Under the pieces are notes generated by a model. The model was not told where the DNA came from and ran no database searches. It saw only the letters and a program-made list of their open reading frames with translations. This document shows positions 1 to 33,011 of a DNA stretch of 64,000 nt, piece after piece; position 1 is the stretch's first letter, and every line of letters starts with the position of its first letter. Position numbers and translations under genes: made by a program. The stretch lies in NCBI RefSeq assembly GCF_006345805.1, contig NC_043012.1, positions 41,292,001 to 41,356,000 of the forward strand, written 5' to 3'. This stretch comes from Octopus sinensis (Eukaryota).

Positions 1-352
1 AGATATTCTTTTATTAGTTTCTGATTTAATAGGGCTATTTTAGTATTATCTATTAAATTATTGGTTGAAGATTAAAATATATAAGGATAACAAATATTTG
101 TTTGTTGTAGTTTGATTAATTAATGTTAGTGTTTAATCCTTCCTAGAATTAAGATTGAATGAATGTGGTGATAGCTAAAGTATGTCTGTTCCCAAACAAC
201 ACTTATTTTAGTACTGTTGACACCGCCGGATTGAATGGTTCTGCCCAGGTGTCGAAACGATAGTGATATCCGTGGGGCAGCTGATGATGGAGGTATGTTG
301 GATTGTTGGTATGGCTTTTCTTGTATGTGATGAATAGTTTTATAAGACATCC

Positions 353-392
<40 letters not shown>

Positions 393-540
393 CCCCGTTG
401 ACAGGCTGCTGGTATTTATAGAGTATTAAACACTTTCGACATGCAAATTAAGACACTCCTTCTTAGAGTAACTGCTGCATTTGTTGAGTATACAAACAGT
501 TTGGCTGCTGGTTTCCCTGGAGACTGTCAGAATGATGCAG

Positions 541-587
541 ACGCCTCTGATGAGAACGCAATAAGGTTCGAAAATCGATGAAAGTTG
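541..587 (+). ncRNA. Decayed hammerhead ribozyme motif
   Basis: CTGATGA-GAAC-gcaataag-GTTC-GAAA-ATCGAT; perfect core and stem II, palindromic stem III, but the U16.1 position and stem I are degenerate. Confidence 0.45.
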
Positions 588-807
588 TTCATCATTTTTT
601 TCAGTCTTCTGTAACTTGGCTAAAATTTGTCCTGTTTCTAATTATACCATGTTACATGTATGTGAGTACAACGTAAGTTTTCCAGTCTAACTCAAAGTAT
701 TCTTCTTACGAGGTCTTGGGTAACTAAAGCCTACTGCACAAGGTACTTCAAGTAAGAGCGATGTAGCTTGGCAGCAAACTTCATCCCCCGCAGAGACGCT
801 GCGCCAA

Positions 808-929
808 CATACATACATACAATATACATACATATATACATACATACATACATACATACATACATACATACATACATACGTACGTACATACATACATACA
901 TACATACATACATACATACATACATGCAT

Positions 930-962
<33 letters not shown>

Positions 963-1150
963 TACATACATACATACATGCATGCATACATACATGCATA
1001 CATACATACATACATACATACATGCATACATACATAATACATACATACATACATGCATACATACATAATACATACATACATACATACATACATACATACA
1101 TACATGCATACATACATAATACATACATACATACATGCATACATACATAA

Positions 1151-1184
<34 letters not shown>

Positions 1185-1675
1185 CATGCATACATGCATA
1201 CATGCATACAATCATACATACATACATACATACATACATGCATGCATACATACATACATACATACATACATACATACATACATACATACATACACACACA
1301 TACATACATACATACATACATACATACATACATACATACATACATACATGCATACATGCATACATACATACATACATACATGCATACATACATAATACAT
1401 ACATACATACATGCATACATACATAATACATACATACATACATGCATACATACATACATACATACATACATACATGCATACATACATAATACATACATAC
1501 ATACATGCATACATACATAATACATACATACATACATACATACATACATACATACATACATACATACATGCATACATACATAATACATACATACATGCAT
1601 ACATACATAATACATACATACATACATACATACATACATACACACATACATACATACATACATACATACATGTGT
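808..1675. repeat. About 870-bp compound (ACAT)n microsatellite
   Basis: ACAT with GCAT and ATAAT variants; source of many MYVC/HTYI ORFs. Confidence 0.97.
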
Positions 1676-2946
1676 ATACGAGTATGTGTGTGTGTGTGTG
1701 TCTGAACTTGAATCTATCTGTTACTGCAGAACAATAGTAAGCTGACATGTTTAAATCAAACGTCAACCGGTGTTCATAAAACGAGGTCACTTTGGATAAT
1801 GTCATGCGAGATGTATTGCTTATGATTAGTGGAAGGGATGGTCTCATTTGGAGGGTCTTCAATCCAAGTTCATGTCAATATGTGCAGAATTATATTCGAC
1901 AGTCCTATACCATCAACAAAAAATCTCTCACTCGCACTAATCCTCTTATTATAGTTAACCTCCTCACACAACACCACCAGCACCACCACCACCACCACCA
2001 CTACCACCATCACCACCACCACCACCACCACCACCACCACCACCACCACACAACAACAACAACAACAACAACAACACAACAACAATTAGACCACCGCTGC
2101 CACCCCCCCCCAAAACCCGCCAACACTACATTACTAGGGATGCATGAAATAATAGCAAACCTACATCTCCATGACTAACAAAATATTTATGAATTAATGC
2201 GGAACCAAACACACGGTATTTACGAAGACAGAACCAATGCGAGGAAGGAAAGATGATGTCGTGGCCAGAATGCTTTTAATCGTAGGTGTATTAGGTTAAG
2301 TTAGAAATAGTTACAATGAGCATAAATCTGTAATTGTTTGCTTAAATTTTAGGAGCAACAGACAAAAAGATAAAAAGAAATCCCTTTTTAAGTTCTGAGT
2401 TCAAATCCCGCTGGTGTTACGGCTACCTTTTAGGATGTTGGGGTCAACAAAATGTATGGAGTCCTGGAGTACTTAATTTCAATATCATTTGTAGAAAACT
2501 GGGAAATAACTCGGGTGTTCAGGGGAAAAAACTCTAAAAGTCCAGGGGAGGTAACTGAATTAGAATTACATGAGAATAATTTTTGGTTTTTCTCAACGTC
2601 TCCTCGTCAAAAATTCTGACAGATATATAATTAAATATGTTACAATATACAAAGTAAGTCTTACAATTTTTACAATTTTTATATAATGAATATATCAAAA
2701 CTAATTTTACGAGAATCTAATATTAGCATTCACACACTTGTACATATATCTTTCTCTGTTTCTGTGTGTGTGTGTGTATGCGTGTGCTTCTTTTTTAAAA
2801 CACCTAGTCCGGAAACTTTTTGATAACACCTGTTATAGACGTCCATCCATACATGCATCTCTCTTTCTCTCTATATATATCTCTCTCAATCTCTCTCTCT
2901 CTCTCTCTCTGTCTCTGTCTCTCTCCCTCTTTCTTTCCCTGTGAGA

Positions 2947-3117
2947 ATGTGTACAAGCACAGAGGTCAGCTGCCCTGCAGATATAAATATCTCTTTGAAA
3001 ATCATTGAAAAAAAGAATATCCATGGACAACTGCTTCGAAACCTCCAGCTTCTATATCCAGACTATGAATTCAGATTCATACCAATAATAATTGGAGCAC
3101 TAGGTTCTGTTGCTTAA
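2947..3117 (+). mobile_element. REL-endonuclease C-terminal fragment of a different non-LTR family
   Basis: Translates to EVSCPADINISLKIIEKKNIHGQLLRNLQLLYPDYEFRFIPIIIGALGSVA; too short for the ORF track. Confidence 0.7.
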
Positions 3118-3403
3118 AGGTGAATGTGAATAAAGTGGTATTTTCATTCAGAAAGAGAAATCGACCGACTAATTTGTACATTACAAGTGCAATCTCTGAG
3201 TGGAACAGTAAAAATATGCAAGACTTTTCTCAAGTTCCAATTGTGAATTTGCCTGTGTTAACTACATCCCAAAGATGGAGCTTTGTTTCTTTGTTGGAAA
3301 CCGGTTCCCTCCTCAGTGGAATAGTTATAGTAATTAAAAATGGAAAAGGCATACTTACATGTATACATACATACATGCATACATACATACATACATACAT
3401 ACA

Positions 3404-3439
<36 letters not shown>

Positions 3440-3986
3440 TACACGAACGCAATAGGCACACATATATACACAAGGTATATTTGATACCTATATGTGTGTG
3501 TACAGGTATGAACTTCTGCGTCGTGAGGGGGTGGGAGCTGAGTATAAGCAATTTCTCTCTCTCTCTCACTCTGTGTGAGATGGTGCTTGTCTCCGTATCT
3601 GATTATCTCTGAATGTATGTGGGTAGAAAATTGGTTTGGTCTTGATGAAAAGGGACCCTCTCACCCCGTTCAGATAGAAGCAGTTTACATTTTCACAACA
3701 TGTGAGAAATACCTCAGAAACCTCGAACGAGCTGTGTCGCATACCGTTCCCCAATAACAATGAAAACCGTGAGTGCTCGCAGATATCTTGTTTTTCAAAG
3801 TAATATTTGGACATGGAGCAATCTAGGAAATGACTCCGCGAATTCCGTTGAATTTTATCGACAATAAAGTTTAATAAAAAACATATTTAAGTAAATAAAA
3901 AGTAAGAAAAAGAAACAACAGATGAATATATGCAATTATATTCTCATTTATTTACTACCAAAATAAATAAATTACTGCACAATTCG

Positions 3987-4018
<32 letters not shown>

Positions 4019-4495
4019 CATACATATATACATATACATACGTATATACATATACATATATATATTTATATACATATACATATACATATACATATATATA
4101 TATAATATATATATATATATATAATATATATATATATATATTATATATATATATATAGATATTTCGTTTTGGGATTTGCTTTGCGAGGTTCTTTATGTGA
4201 GTTCGTGTGTTGAAGCATATTCTGTTGTGTCTGGGGAGAGTCATTTTCTTTTTGTGCCTTATAATGTAAACACACTCACCGGTAAAATTGCCACTTATTT
4301 CTTATTTTTATTTTCCTAAAATTTTCGTTGCGTCTTGCAACGTTTTCAATAGTCTTGACTCTGTCCGTTATTTACACTGCGTTCCCTTTTGTTTGTTTGT
4401 GTGCGCGCGCGCGTGTGTGTGTGTGCTGGTGCTTGCATCTGTGTATGTTCGTAATTAAACAGTAAATAACAAACTCTAATATCAGTTTTTTTTAA

Positions 4496-4710
4496 GGTGG
4501 CGAGCTGGCAGAAACGTTAGCATGTCGGGCGAAATGCTTAGCAGTATTTCGTCTGTCTTTAAGGTCCGAGTTCAAATTCCGCCGAGGTCGACTTTGCCTT
4601 TCATCATTTTCGGGGTGGATAAATTAAGTACTAGTTGCGTAATGGGGTCGAGCTAATCGACTGGCGACCCTCCCCAAAACATTCCGTCCTTTGGCCTGGA
4701 GTAGAAAAAT
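4496..4710 (+). mobile_element. SINE-A copy
   Basis: Same head, B box and core as the 36893 copy. Confidence 0.85.
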
Positions 4711-4882
4711 ATATATAGATATATATATATGTGTGTGTCTTTAAATTTTGTTTATGGGAAACGTTTTGAATATCCAAATATGCCGACGGATATTACGGAC
4801 TGTACTGTAATCACCTCAGGACTGTGATCTTAAGAGACGTGATTTGTGGAAAGCATTAAATATTTATAAATTCCATCCAAGG

Positions 4883-4913
<31 letters not shown>

Positions 4914-4943
4914 CCTATATATATTTGTATGTATATATATATG

Positions 4944-4978
<35 letters not shown>

Positions 4979-5019
4979 TATATATATATATATCTATATA
5001 TATATATATACGATTACCC

Positions 5020-5410
5020 AGAAGGCGCGCATGGCGGAAATTTGGAGGGAAAATTTACGTTCCCAGTCGTTACTTGGTTTTAACATCTGTGCACTTCCCC
5101 CCACTATCTGATGTCGCGGGGTCAGAAGTGAGGGCTGGTGGCATTTGATAAAGCTATCGAATATAGCGCTGATGACGGAATTCAAACTCCCCTTTTTTTA
5201 TATGTTTGTGATCCAGAAACACCGTGTTCGCTATTAACGGTAAGTGACTGAATTCGTATATTCGCCACTCTGGTTTTGTGTATGTGAGCCGCAAGGGCCT
5301 TCGTTTTTTGGAATCTCCACTTATAGAAATGGAAAAAACGGTCTTTGACTGCCATTTCTAATTCCTTCGGTATGAGGCGAAACAGCTTGCTGCTAGCCAA
5401 CTTATTTTTC
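5020..5410 (+). mobile_element. Penelope-like 3' end or pseudo-LTR fragment between (TA)n tracts
   Basis: [17 protein letters not shown] resembles the GIY-YIG terminal E..W...L.T..P.G.N motif and is followed by a hammerhead motif. Confidence 0.6.
5163..5234 (+). ncRNA. Type I hammerhead ribozyme motif (near-intact)
   Basis: ATAGCG-CTGATGA-cGGA...TCCa-GAAA-CACCGTG-TT-CGCTAT: 6-bp stem I, intact core, near-palindromic stem III; first stem II pair is a C-A mismatch. Confidence 0.7.
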
Positions 5411-5412
5411 TT

Positions 5413-5457
<45 letters not shown>

Positions 5458-5612
5458 AGGAAAAGATAAGAGGAAAAATTCTATAAGAAAGGAACTCTAA
5501 TCTCTCTTTTATATTTTGATAAGCATAACAAATGCGCAACCGGTAAAAAGAACTTTCACCTAATTAAATTACTTAAATACTTCAATTATTTGTCAGCATT
5601 TTCTTCATTTCC

Positions 5613-5673
<61 letters not shown>

Positions 5674-5684
5674 TATATATATAT

Positions 5685-5761
<77 letters not shown>

Positions 5762-5828
5762 CATGCATGATGTATGTATGTATGTATGTATGTATGTAGT
5801 ATGTATGTATGTATGTATATACTTGCAT

Positions 5829-24666
<18,838 letters not shown>

Positions 24667-24945
24667 CTCGACGCACTCCTTACTGGTTCTCCGGCTAAAA
24701 AGAAGAGGAAAATATTACAAGAATGATAATTATTTCTATTGTAGACAAAGGTCTGAAATTTGGCGGTTACTCGAGCCGGAGAAAATTCTAACTGAGCCCC
24801 CACCTGCAAGGTCATGTGCTATTTATCTTGATAGGAGATCATCATGTCACGGATTTCGTTTTACTTCAAATTCCGAATCCCCGGTAAATGTGCTGAGCGC
24901 CATTTATTTTGTTTGTCCACACACACACACACGCACACACACACG

Positions 24946-25076
<131 letters not shown>

Positions 25077-25389
25077 GGGTTATGAAAGGTAATGGCATCA
25101 AGATGACTCAGAGGTGTCAGGTAATGTTGAGTAAGTGCTATGTGGACAGACTATATTTAAGCTCCAGGTTCGGTGTTTATGCGAATGCGGAGTCTAACGA
25201 AGGTCATATATCAGCATGTGTATATATAAAAAAATAACAGAATGAAATGAAAATCCATAATATATAAAATATCCCGGAAACAGCTGTACGACCTTCTCTT
25301 TATAAAGCTTCAGAAATCTTTCACAGCCTTGGATTTTTAGTTCATTCTGTTAATTTTATATATATATATATATATTATATATATATATG

Positions 25390-25493
<104 letters not shown>

Positions 25494-25657
25494 TGAGTGT
25501 ATTTTTCGCTTGTTAATTAACAAGTTTCATTTCTTCATTTCCCCGAAGAGAAGATTACAACGTTTTACACCATTTATTCGTTTGGAATAATATCAGTGAA
25601 ATCTTCGACACATATGACGAAAGTAAAAGTATTTGAGTTATACCTGCGTTAAACTCC

Positions 25658-25696
<39 letters not shown>

Positions 25697-26317
25697 GATG
25701 TATGTGTGTGTGTGTGTGTGTGTGCGTGTGTATGTATGTATGTATATATGTATGTATGTATGTACGTATATATGTGTGTATGCATGAATATATGTGTGTG
25801 TATATGTATATAGATGATAGATAGATGTGTGTTCTGGTGTTTGAAAACTGTTGTTTTTTTGCTAACGTCCCCGTAACTGAGCTATTCGGGAGGAAAAACC
25901 GATAGAAAGAGTACTAAGCTAAGAAAAATACGCATTGGTGTTGATGTGTACGACTGAAGCGTTGAAGGAAGTGCTCCAGTATGACAGCAATCAAATGACT
26001 GAGGCAAGAAAAAGACGGAAGATATAGTCGTGAATAGAAAGAGATAAACTTCTTGGCTCTTCGTCGTCGACCCAGTGACATGTTAAGAACGTGATGACCG
26101 CTGGAGGAGAAAGTGCAGCACAGATAAAATAACATGAAGTAGCTTGCTGAAGGAGACAATGTATCGCCCGGGCAAAATCTAGAAACCCCGACCTCATGAC
26201 AATATTGCTAAAGAAATCAGATCATTCCCCCCCTCTTTAAAATGAAACAAAATCAAACCACAATAACCGGAAAGCCTCGTCAGTGAAGAATGACAGCCAA
26301 TATAATGGGAAACTTAC

Positions 26318-26385
26318 TGTTTTATCAGGAGAAAGTGGTAACTGTATAGGTGAGATGTTTGTTGGTTTGTTCCCGAACGAAATTC
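26318..26385 (-). other. Candidate 68-nt 5' UTR exon of the Kazal-mucin gene
   Basis: Acceptor ctacatttcag, donor ACA|gtaagt, contains no ATG, lies 1.6 kb upstream of the ATG exon. Confidence 0.4.
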
Positions 26386-26500
26386 CTGAAATGTAGTTTG
26401 TGTTTCGACAACGGAATCAAAAAATAATATAGAATAAAACCTGGCTTTTCTTGTTTTAAATGTGTAAATACGTACTGGGTTACCAAGGAAATCAATGTAG

Positions 26501-26542
<42 letters not shown>

Positions 26543-26669
26543 TATATATAATATATATATATATAATATATATATATATATAATATATATATATATGTAT
26601 GTATGTGTGTATGTATATATGTATATATATATACATACATACATACATACATATATATATGTGTATATA

Positions 26670-26732
<63 letters not shown>

Positions 26733-27689
26733 CCATGTATTCACATGAAAGTGGAAGCAATATATCTTTCAAGTTATTAATTGTTCGGATTCTCTCGAAC
26801 ACGCATGCTCACACATGCGCATACATACCCACACACATACATACATATATCCATACATACATACACATACATACATACATACATACATACATACATACAT
26901 ACATACATACATACATACATACATGTGTGCATACATACATACATATGCATACATACACATATAGATACATACATACATATATCCATACATACATACATGC
27001 ATGCATGCCTAAGCATACATACATATAGAGATGTATGTAGATATATGTTTGTATGTATACCCACGTATATTGATTTCAATTAATTGTGTGATAACTTCCT
27101 GATTCTCTTCCCCGCTGGGCCTGTAATAAACAATTGGTACAATTAGTTTTATTATAGCTCAAATCTGCCAGTTCTCTATCAATACAGTTTGAAAAAAATC
27201 TCGGGCTGTTTGCGTTAGTTTTTTAAAATGGCGACGCATGGACAGTTTGCTTTTCACATTAGATCGCGATTGTCGTAACGATATCGGTCGCAATACTGGC
27301 GTTTGTAATGGTGGCATACACACACATGCCAGCATAGATTCGTGCGCGCGCACACACACACACACACACATATATATATACATACGCATACATGCATACA
27401 TACATACATATATTTATGTATATATGTGTGCATGTGTTTATGTATGATTGTCTATAAACATATATATTCAGTTGCACATATAAATGTATACATGACTTTA
27501 TATGTCTCTCTTTCTCTCTCTTTCTCTCTCTCTCTATATATATATATGTATGTATGTATATCGATGCGTATATATGTATATATGTATATATATGAATACA
27601 TAAGTATATATTTAAGCATATATATATATATATGACTCTGTCTCTCTATCCATTTCTTTCTCTTTATATATGTATATATATATATCTAT

Positions 27690-27938
<249 letters not shown>

Positions 27939-28117
27939 AACACATCACACGTATGTGCACGTATAAATAATTCTTTAATATCATGAATACAAACAGTGAA
28001 AAGTCTAGAATGCTAATAATGACAGGGAAAGTAAGCAATATTTAATAAAAGCTTACTCTATCACCTTCAGTCTTTAAATGGGCAGTCTATTAAAATGAGT
28101 AAATAATAAATCTAGAG

Positions 28118-28189
<72 letters not shown>

Positions 28190-28192
<3 letters not shown>

Positions 28193-28321
28193 GCCTAGTA
28201 CTTATTCTTTCGGTCGCTTTTGTCGCACCGCTAAGTTACGGGGACGTAAACACACCAGCATCGGTTGTCAAATGATGGTTGTGGTTGACAAACACAGACA
28301 CACAAACACATATACACACGT

Positions 28322-28360
<39 letters not shown>

Positions 28361-28530
28361 CATCTATATGACGGGCTTCTTTCAGTTTCCGTCTGCCAAA
28401 TTCACTCACAAGGCTTTGGTCGGCCCGAGGCTATAGCAGAAGACACTTTCCCAAGGTTCCACGCAGTGGGACTGAACCCGGAACCATGTGGTTGGTAAGC
28501 AAGCTACTTATCCACACAGCCACTCCTGAG
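28190..28530 (-). mobile_element. SINE-B copy
   Basis: Reverse complement of family B. Confidence 0.85.
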
Positions 28531-29839
28531 CGAACAATGAAGTAAGCCACTTAAGAAAAAGCAAAAGAACGATTTCGAGTACAATTAAACCATGTGAATG
28601 TAATGTGGCAGGCAGTTGTCCACAACCAAATAAAAAGTTGTATTCAAGGGAGTTTGAGATTTTAAAAATAATTATATAAGTGATCATAATAAGAGAGGAG
28701 ATATCGATCTGGTCAGATCGTCAATTATGACAGTCAAATGGGTGGTAACGAAAAAGAAATTTGTTGAAGAATTTTGCATTTATACAGAACGATTTGCTGG
28801 TATTTTAATTTAGTAAATGGATCCTCTTAAGACAATTGCATGTGCTTCGCCATGCACGGCTTGCGGAAATTTTCTATCGTCAGTTCAGGGTTGAAATCTC
28901 TATTCTATTAAATCCAATTAATGCGTCGTTTTGAATTTCCCTATCAACAAAAAGACAGTATTTCTTTTTCTACTTTTGCATGCTAACAGAAGTACATATT
29001 GCGTTATAATGTTTTAAAAGTATTAATGGTGAGTTCAGAAAAGTATTTCGTTTGGCATTTATTGACAATGTTCTCCGACAGAGATAGAAGCGGAAGGGCG
29101 TTCACTAATATTAGTGTAATTACAATTAACAGTGTAATGTTCCCTACTAAGGAATATTTTTCCTTATTAAAAGAAGCAAAGATTTGGGCTACTTTAGATG
29201 TGGAGGGATGAAATAACTTCACAATTTCTTTGTTAAATAAACAGTTTATATCGGAGAAGAATATTTCAGCAAATCAAGTAATTAGATCTGAATTATCTTT
29301 TCATATTTCGGATGCTCCGAGTATTACCTACATTGTATTAATAAAGATAGGGTTTCTAATAACATTTTGCGGAGCGTTTTTTGAACAAGTATCTTTGTCT
29401 GAGCGCACCATTGCACAGGGGTTCACATTGCAACAGAACTACCACATTAGAAACCCCGGATGAACCCCACCCCCTATCTACACTAAGTATAAAATAGATA
29501 TTTTCGTTACGTTCGCTCATAGTAGCGGGCTCTTTATAATATATAGAATGTATTTTTTAAAAATATTGGCTAATTTATCTTAGATAATTAAAGTGAATTA
29601 TTAGGAACTCAGTTCTTACTGACGCTGTCAAAAATTTGTTTATGTAAGAATTTCATTAGATTTATGATAGCAGATCAAATCGAACGGCTGACAGAAACAT
29701 CTAAACACTAACTGTAGTCTTATCAGTGTCTAGAGCAACGGTTCATAAGCAATTGTCTGTAGCATCCCATTTAAATAGTTGTCATGCTAGCGTCCACCTA
29801 AGTTGCCAGTGAGGTATCACAACAAAACTAACTGAGACA

Positions 29840-30093
29840 TAGTAAAGATTGTTTGCCAACAAAACATGGCAGTCCTGGTTTACGATAACTGTTGCTGTAA
29901 TTTAGCCCCAGGAGAAATCATTTCCAGTTGGCTATACGGCACAATCTGTGTCCTTATATTTTCGAACAAGGCAATCTAAAGACACATATCGTGTCGTATA
30001 GCCAACTGGAAATGATTTCTCCTGGGGCTAAATTACAGCAACAGTCATCCTAAACCAGGACTGCCATGTTATGTTGGCAAACAATCTTTACTA
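29840..30093. repeat. Inverted repeat, about 110-bp arms, about 30-bp spacer
   Basis: tagtaaagattgtttgccaac...gtgtc pairs with gacac...gttggcaaacaatctttacta at high identity. Confidence 0.9.
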
Positions 30094-30197
30094 CAAAGTC
30101 CTGTTGCTGAATATCTCACGTTGTGTGATCTGAAAATAGTAATTTCTAAATTAAACATGAATGATAATTTTAAAATTTTACTCAAATGGAGATCACA

Positions 30198-30568
30198 ATG
30201 TAGCGTGGCACTCCGTCGGTTACGACGGCGATGGTTCCAGTTGATCCGATCAACGGAAGAGCCTGCTCGTGAAATTAACGTGCAAGTGGCTGAGAACTCC
30301 ACAGACACGTGTACCTTTAACGTAGTTCTCAGGGAGATCCAGCGTGACAGGGCTGGGCCTTTGAAAAACAGGTACAACATAAAGAAAGAGTAAGTGAAAG
30401 TTGTTGTCAAAGAGTACAGCAGGTTTCACCACCATCCCCTGCCGGAGCCTCGTGGAGCTTTAGGTGCTTTCGCTCAATAAACACTCACAACGCCCTATCT
30501 GGGAATTGAAACCGCAATCCTACGACCGCTAGTCTGCTGCCCTAACCACTGGGCCATTACGCCTCCAC
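30198..30568 (-). mobile_element. tRNA-derived SINE family C
   Basis: Reverse A/B boxes (gtggaggcgtaatggcccagtggttagg; ggtttcaattccc); the ctcgtgaaattaacgtgcaag segment is shared with 48510-48820. Confidence 0.75.
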
Positions 30569-31619
30569 GTAGATCACAATACACGAAGAAAACTAGCAAG
30601 AAACATAAAATTAAAAGTGAATTAATCGTGTTCACAGATGCCTTTAGCCCAATATATATTTATCTCCCATTTTATTTTAATAACCATTATTAGTTTCACC
30701 ATGACTAGTATAATTACTATTATCAATAATTATAATCGTTTGTGGGATCTTTTCACTTTGACCGGCAGATTTTTGAAATAATTTCTTTGTAACTAAACAC
30801 TTTTAAACTTCGTATACTGGTAGTGTGTTACATAAAACATCTTTTTCTCTTGGCTTTCTTGAGAAAATTCTGTAGTTTGTAAGCTATTTGTTGTTTAATT
30901 TCTTGTATTTCGGCAATTTCAACCAATCAATGACGTCTATTGAGGTGAATACAATTTCTGCCGTAACATCTTTGATGTAAAGAACGGCTGAGAAATCTCA
31001 CGACTTGAACGCTTTTGATCATAGGTTGGCTCGATCAAGTCTGGCTTGGGCTAAACGCCACCACCACCACCAGTGACAACAACAGTAACAACACTAAAAG
31101 CAATAATGGCGCCACATGCAACAGAAAAATAAATCTGTTTTTCTATATATAAATATATAAAAGGATATCCTGGAAACTTTAAAACAATTCCAATGTCACA
31201 TCACTTGTTTAGTCTAGCAGCGCCCCCTGTTGAGAATTTAGGAATTCTTTATATTTAGTTTTCGACAAGAAAAACAAAGACAAGATTCGACACATAAATT
31301 TGTCATTTGAAATACTCCGAGTTAATAAAAGCAGAAAATATTAGAAAAGAAAAAAAAAACTTGTTTTATTGATTCAATGTTTTCTTTTCTTTCTTTCCTT
31401 GTTTTTATTCTTTTCTTTTCTTTTATCGTTTCTATTCTTCTACTGTTTTATTTCTTTTCTTTTTTACGTGCTTAGGGAAATACCAAGATGTGGTAACAGC
31501 TTGCATATATCGATGCTACACTGTCCACACACATTCACACATACATACATACATATATTCGTAAATACATGTGTACATACATACACACACACACATACGT
31601 ATATATACATATATATATA

Positions 31620-31794
31620 CATGTTGTTTCAGTCATTAGACTGCGGCTATGCTGGAGTACCGCCTTGAGTCGAAGAAATCGACCCACGACTTATTGTTTG
31701 TAAGCCTAGTACTTATTCTATCGGTCTATTTTACCGAACCCCTAGCTACGGTTGTCAAACGATGGTGGGGGAGATAAACAACAGACACACAAAT

Positions 31795-31827
<33 letters not shown>

Positions 31828-32410
31828 CAGATATATATATATATATATACACACGACAGGCTTCTTTCAGTTTCCGTCTACCAAATTCACCCACGAGGCT
31901 TTGGTCTGCCCGAGGCTATAGCAGAAGACACTTGCCCTAGGTGACATGCTGTGGGACTGATCCCGGAACCATGTGGTTGGGAGGCAAGGTTCTTACCACT
32001 CAGCCACGCCTGCGCCTATATACATTATATATATATGTGTTTGTGTATGTTTTGTCTCCCATCACCACTTGAGAACAACATATAGATGGCTGTGTTGTAG
32101 AATATTTGCTACCGAACCTCATACTCCCAGAAACAATTCCATAGCATGGCCCCTTGGGCAAGTGATTTCTGTTATAACCTCGGGTCGACCAAAGTCCTGT
32201 GATTGGATTCGGTGGGTGGAAACTGAAAGAAGCCCCTCATAAATATACATGTCAACGCACGTGTATATTTGTGTCTGTTGTTGTTCTCCATCACCGCTTG
32301 TCAACTGGTGTTGATGTTTTTATGCCCTCGCAACTTAGCGATCAGCAAGAGAGACCGATAGTATGTCTTCAAGGTACCCCAGCATGGTCGCAGTATAATG
32401 ACTGAAACAA
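31620..32410. mobile_element. SINE-B copies (minus 31620-32015; decayed plus about 32120-32410)
   Basis: Family-B motifs in opposite orientations. Confidence 0.75.
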
Positions 32411-32955
32411 GTGGAGGAAAAAAAACTAGGTATGCATGTATTTGTGCAATTGCATGTGTGATCACCTTCCACCATCGCTTGACAAAAAGTATTTATGTCC
32501 CTGTCACATAGCTCTCGGCAAAATGAGAGCGATAAAATACCAGCATGAAAATGGAGTGCTTGTGTCGATTTGTTCGCCTAAAACCCTTTCAGGTGGTGCC
32601 TTAAACACCCACAACGCCACAATCGAAAGCACGATCCTACGACCGCGAGTCCGCTGCTCTAACCACTGGGCCATTGCGCCTGCGGTGCTCGCATATATAT
32701 TTAGAGACTGGCTAATATTTACAAATTAGAGAATTTTTTGAAGAAATCTCAAGCAAAGGTCGATAAAATTCGATTTCGATTCTTTGAAATTGACCGTTCG
32801 GCAGTTGATACATTAGGTTCTGAATGGAGGGAGAATGGGGGTGGGTGTCATTAAGGTCAAAGTTCATAAGCAGAGCATTGATATGGTTTTTGACCTAAAA
32901 ATAACCCCAATTAAACTCTCACACACGTGTAAATAAATATATGTATGTGTGTGTG

Positions 32956-33011
<56 letters not shown>

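Noticed and set aside
255-300. GAAAC upstream of CTGATGA suggesting a type II hammerhead
   Set aside because: No convincing stems I-III could be drawn
687-1862. MYVC/HTYI repeat ORFs
   Set aside because: Translations of the (ACAT)n microsatellite; the same applies to YI, HT, CV, LS and poly-I/L/Y/M ORFs throughout
4310-4365. Minus-strand hairpin GTTGC-aagac-GCAAC-GAAA resembling a hammerhead
   Set aside because: The upstream core reads CTATTGA, not CUGANGA; part of a TA-flanked repeat
4496-4600. tRNA-like A/B boxes
   Set aside because: Heads of tRNA-derived SINEs; no complete cloverleaf or anticodon arm
28700-29470. Non-repetitive segment with several 70-77 aa ORFs
   Set aside because: No recognisable motif or consistent splice signals; possibly old transposon debris
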